Positions 62,854 to 64,000 of a DNA stretch of 64,000 bases are shown piece by piece (the stretch's first letter is position 1; every line of letters starts with the position of its first letter). The DNA comes from Lepidodermella squamata. Its lineage: Eukaryota > Animalia > Gastrotricha. The stretch spans positions 186,001 to 250,000 of the forward strand of contig JBLDXI010000073.1 of NCBI GenBank assembly GCA_047495785.1, written 5' to 3'. A program made the translations under genes and the position numbers. The notes beneath the pieces are model-generated. The model saw only the letters and a list, made by a program, of their open reading frames with translations. It searched no databases and was not told the origin of the DNA.

Positions 62854-63325
62854 AAGTCCACGTGGTCACGTAGCATGAATAGTTAGAGGCGTTGTTTGTT
62901 TTCGTTGCTTCGTCGTTTTGTCATTTCGTCATCTCATATAAAAAACTGACGGAAGAAAAAAGTGGGGTAAAAGGAGGATTCGAACCCGGGACCTTCAGCA
63001 TTAGAACTGCGGACTTGAGCCACTATACTATAGGAGCCTTCCTATCTGCGTCTGGCTAAAAGCGCTTATCTGTAGCGTTCGTTAAGTATATAAAAATGCC
63101 GGAAGAGAATGACTACCGTGACCCAGCACTATTGCTCAGTGGTCTCGCCTTATTGGTCAATTCCCAGTGGTCCTGGGTTCGAATCCTCCTTTTACCCCAC
63201 TTTTTTTCTTCCGTCAGTTTTTTCGTATTTCGTATGAGATGACGAAGTGACGAAACGATGAAGCAACGAAAAAAACAACGCCTCAGAGCTAACTAACTAT
63301 TCATGACACGTGACCACGTTGACTT
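62854..63325. mobile_element. Palindromic element with two outward-facing tRNA-like Pol III units
   Basis: Inverted arms. Minus unit has TAGTATAGTGG...GGTTCGAATCC, plus unit has TTGCTCAGTGG...GGTTCGAATCC, and each is followed by T-runs. Confidence 0.8.
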
Positions 63326-63550
63326 TGATCCTGCAATACGAAGCATAATGGGGAAACGCTCTGCGAACGAGTGGGTTCTGAATGAGAGGGGATTACGCCG
63401 ACGTGTCTCGCGACGCATGATAAAGATGAAAATTGATAAAGAAGAAAATATTGCTGGCGATGAAATAAATGGGTGATGGCTAACTAACCTATGTGATGAA
63501 TTCGTTTTTCTGAATCTCCGAAAAGGCAGGACTTGCGCACAGGACAGGTA

Positions 63551-63709
63551 CCCTGTGCGAAGTACAGGGGTGCTGGGGTGTCGCGACACCCCAGCTCCGG
63601 GACTCCAGCCAAAGGAAGGCTGAAAAAACAACACCCTTTGGTTCCTTCGTCTGGGTCCTAGAAACCAAGTGAAAAGCACCTCAGCTCCCGAATCCTACTT
63701 CGCACACTG
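63551..63709 (-). mobile_element. hAT-like MITE (CAGTGTGCGAAGTA family), reverse orientation
   Basis: ccctgtgcgaagta ... tacttcgcacactg. Confidence 0.75.
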
Positions 63710-63809
63710 ATTAAAAGTAGGAAAATTACAATGGTTGGATAGGGCGATGAGTGAATAAAAATAAAGGTCGCGTGTCCACTTACCCAAGAGAGCCGAAATG
63801 ACATTTCTG

Positions 63810-64000
63810 TAACAATAAAAGCTGTTTATTATCATCATTCTTCCCTAACCGTTCAATTTTCATGTAGGCTATCTATTGTCTAGTGCAAACATATAATCAG
63901 TTTGCTCGCCTTATCTCTTGCTCGCCTTATCACCTTATCTGCCATACAGACTTATATGAGTCAAACGATTCATTTAGCTACCGAAACTTGTTATTGCTTC
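63810..64000 (-). other. Homolog of the MAT stop/3'-UTR region (48780..48940)
   Basis: Colinear matches acaataaaa..tgtttatt, cgttcaattttcatgta, tcacctt.tctgccat, catttagc and ttgttattgctt. Confidence 0.7.

Noticed and set aside
62965-63190. Genuine tRNA genes
   Set aside because: A and B boxes are present, but I cannot form an acceptor stem or cloverleaf, and the units are embedded in TE arms. The same applies at 23428-24000.
62232-63550. Penelope-like RT motif (STSMDSPIA) and LINE endonuclease-like motif (ING*WLTNLC...KGR)
   Set aside because: Single weak motifs in heavily interrupted sequence. Plausible, but unsupported by eye.
58205-63781. Giant TIR element enclosing Ly6-4 (inverted ~55-bp match at 58205-58257 and 63729-63781)
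   Set aside because: There is no matching TSD, and the left end seems to have its own degenerate partner near 59150-59163. More likely two separate copies.

Overview
Eukaryotic (invertebrate animal-like) genomic DNA with compact ~45-60 bp GT-AG introns and a heavy load of non-autonomous DNA transposons. The species cannot be determined from the sequence. There are no prokaryotic features and no CRISPR. The window is a tandem-duplication-rich cluster of secreted and cell-surface genes. It holds two intronless GABA-B-like class C GPCRs with a very long second intracellular loop, and three genes built from an unrecognised 4-Cys module (two end in a C-type lectin domain, one is fused to secreted ankyrin repeats). 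It also holds three paralogous mucin/Cys-rich/EGF/TSP1/SEA-like type I membrane proteins, a GPI-type Cys-rich protein, and four Ly6/three-finger single-pass proteins. A decayed, tightly packed same-strand block encodes an SLC16-like transporter, methionyl-tRNA synthetase and SAM synthetase (operon-like), and the 3' end of a second SAM synthetase copy appears at the window edge. Other elements: a 178/189-bp dimeric satellite, two palindromic elements with outward-facing tRNA-like Pol III units, many Tc1/mariner-, hAT- and CACTA-like MITEs, and relics of a Cys-loop receptor, a NACHT-like P-loop, LINE RT and an integrase. All exon models were read by eye and are unverified.
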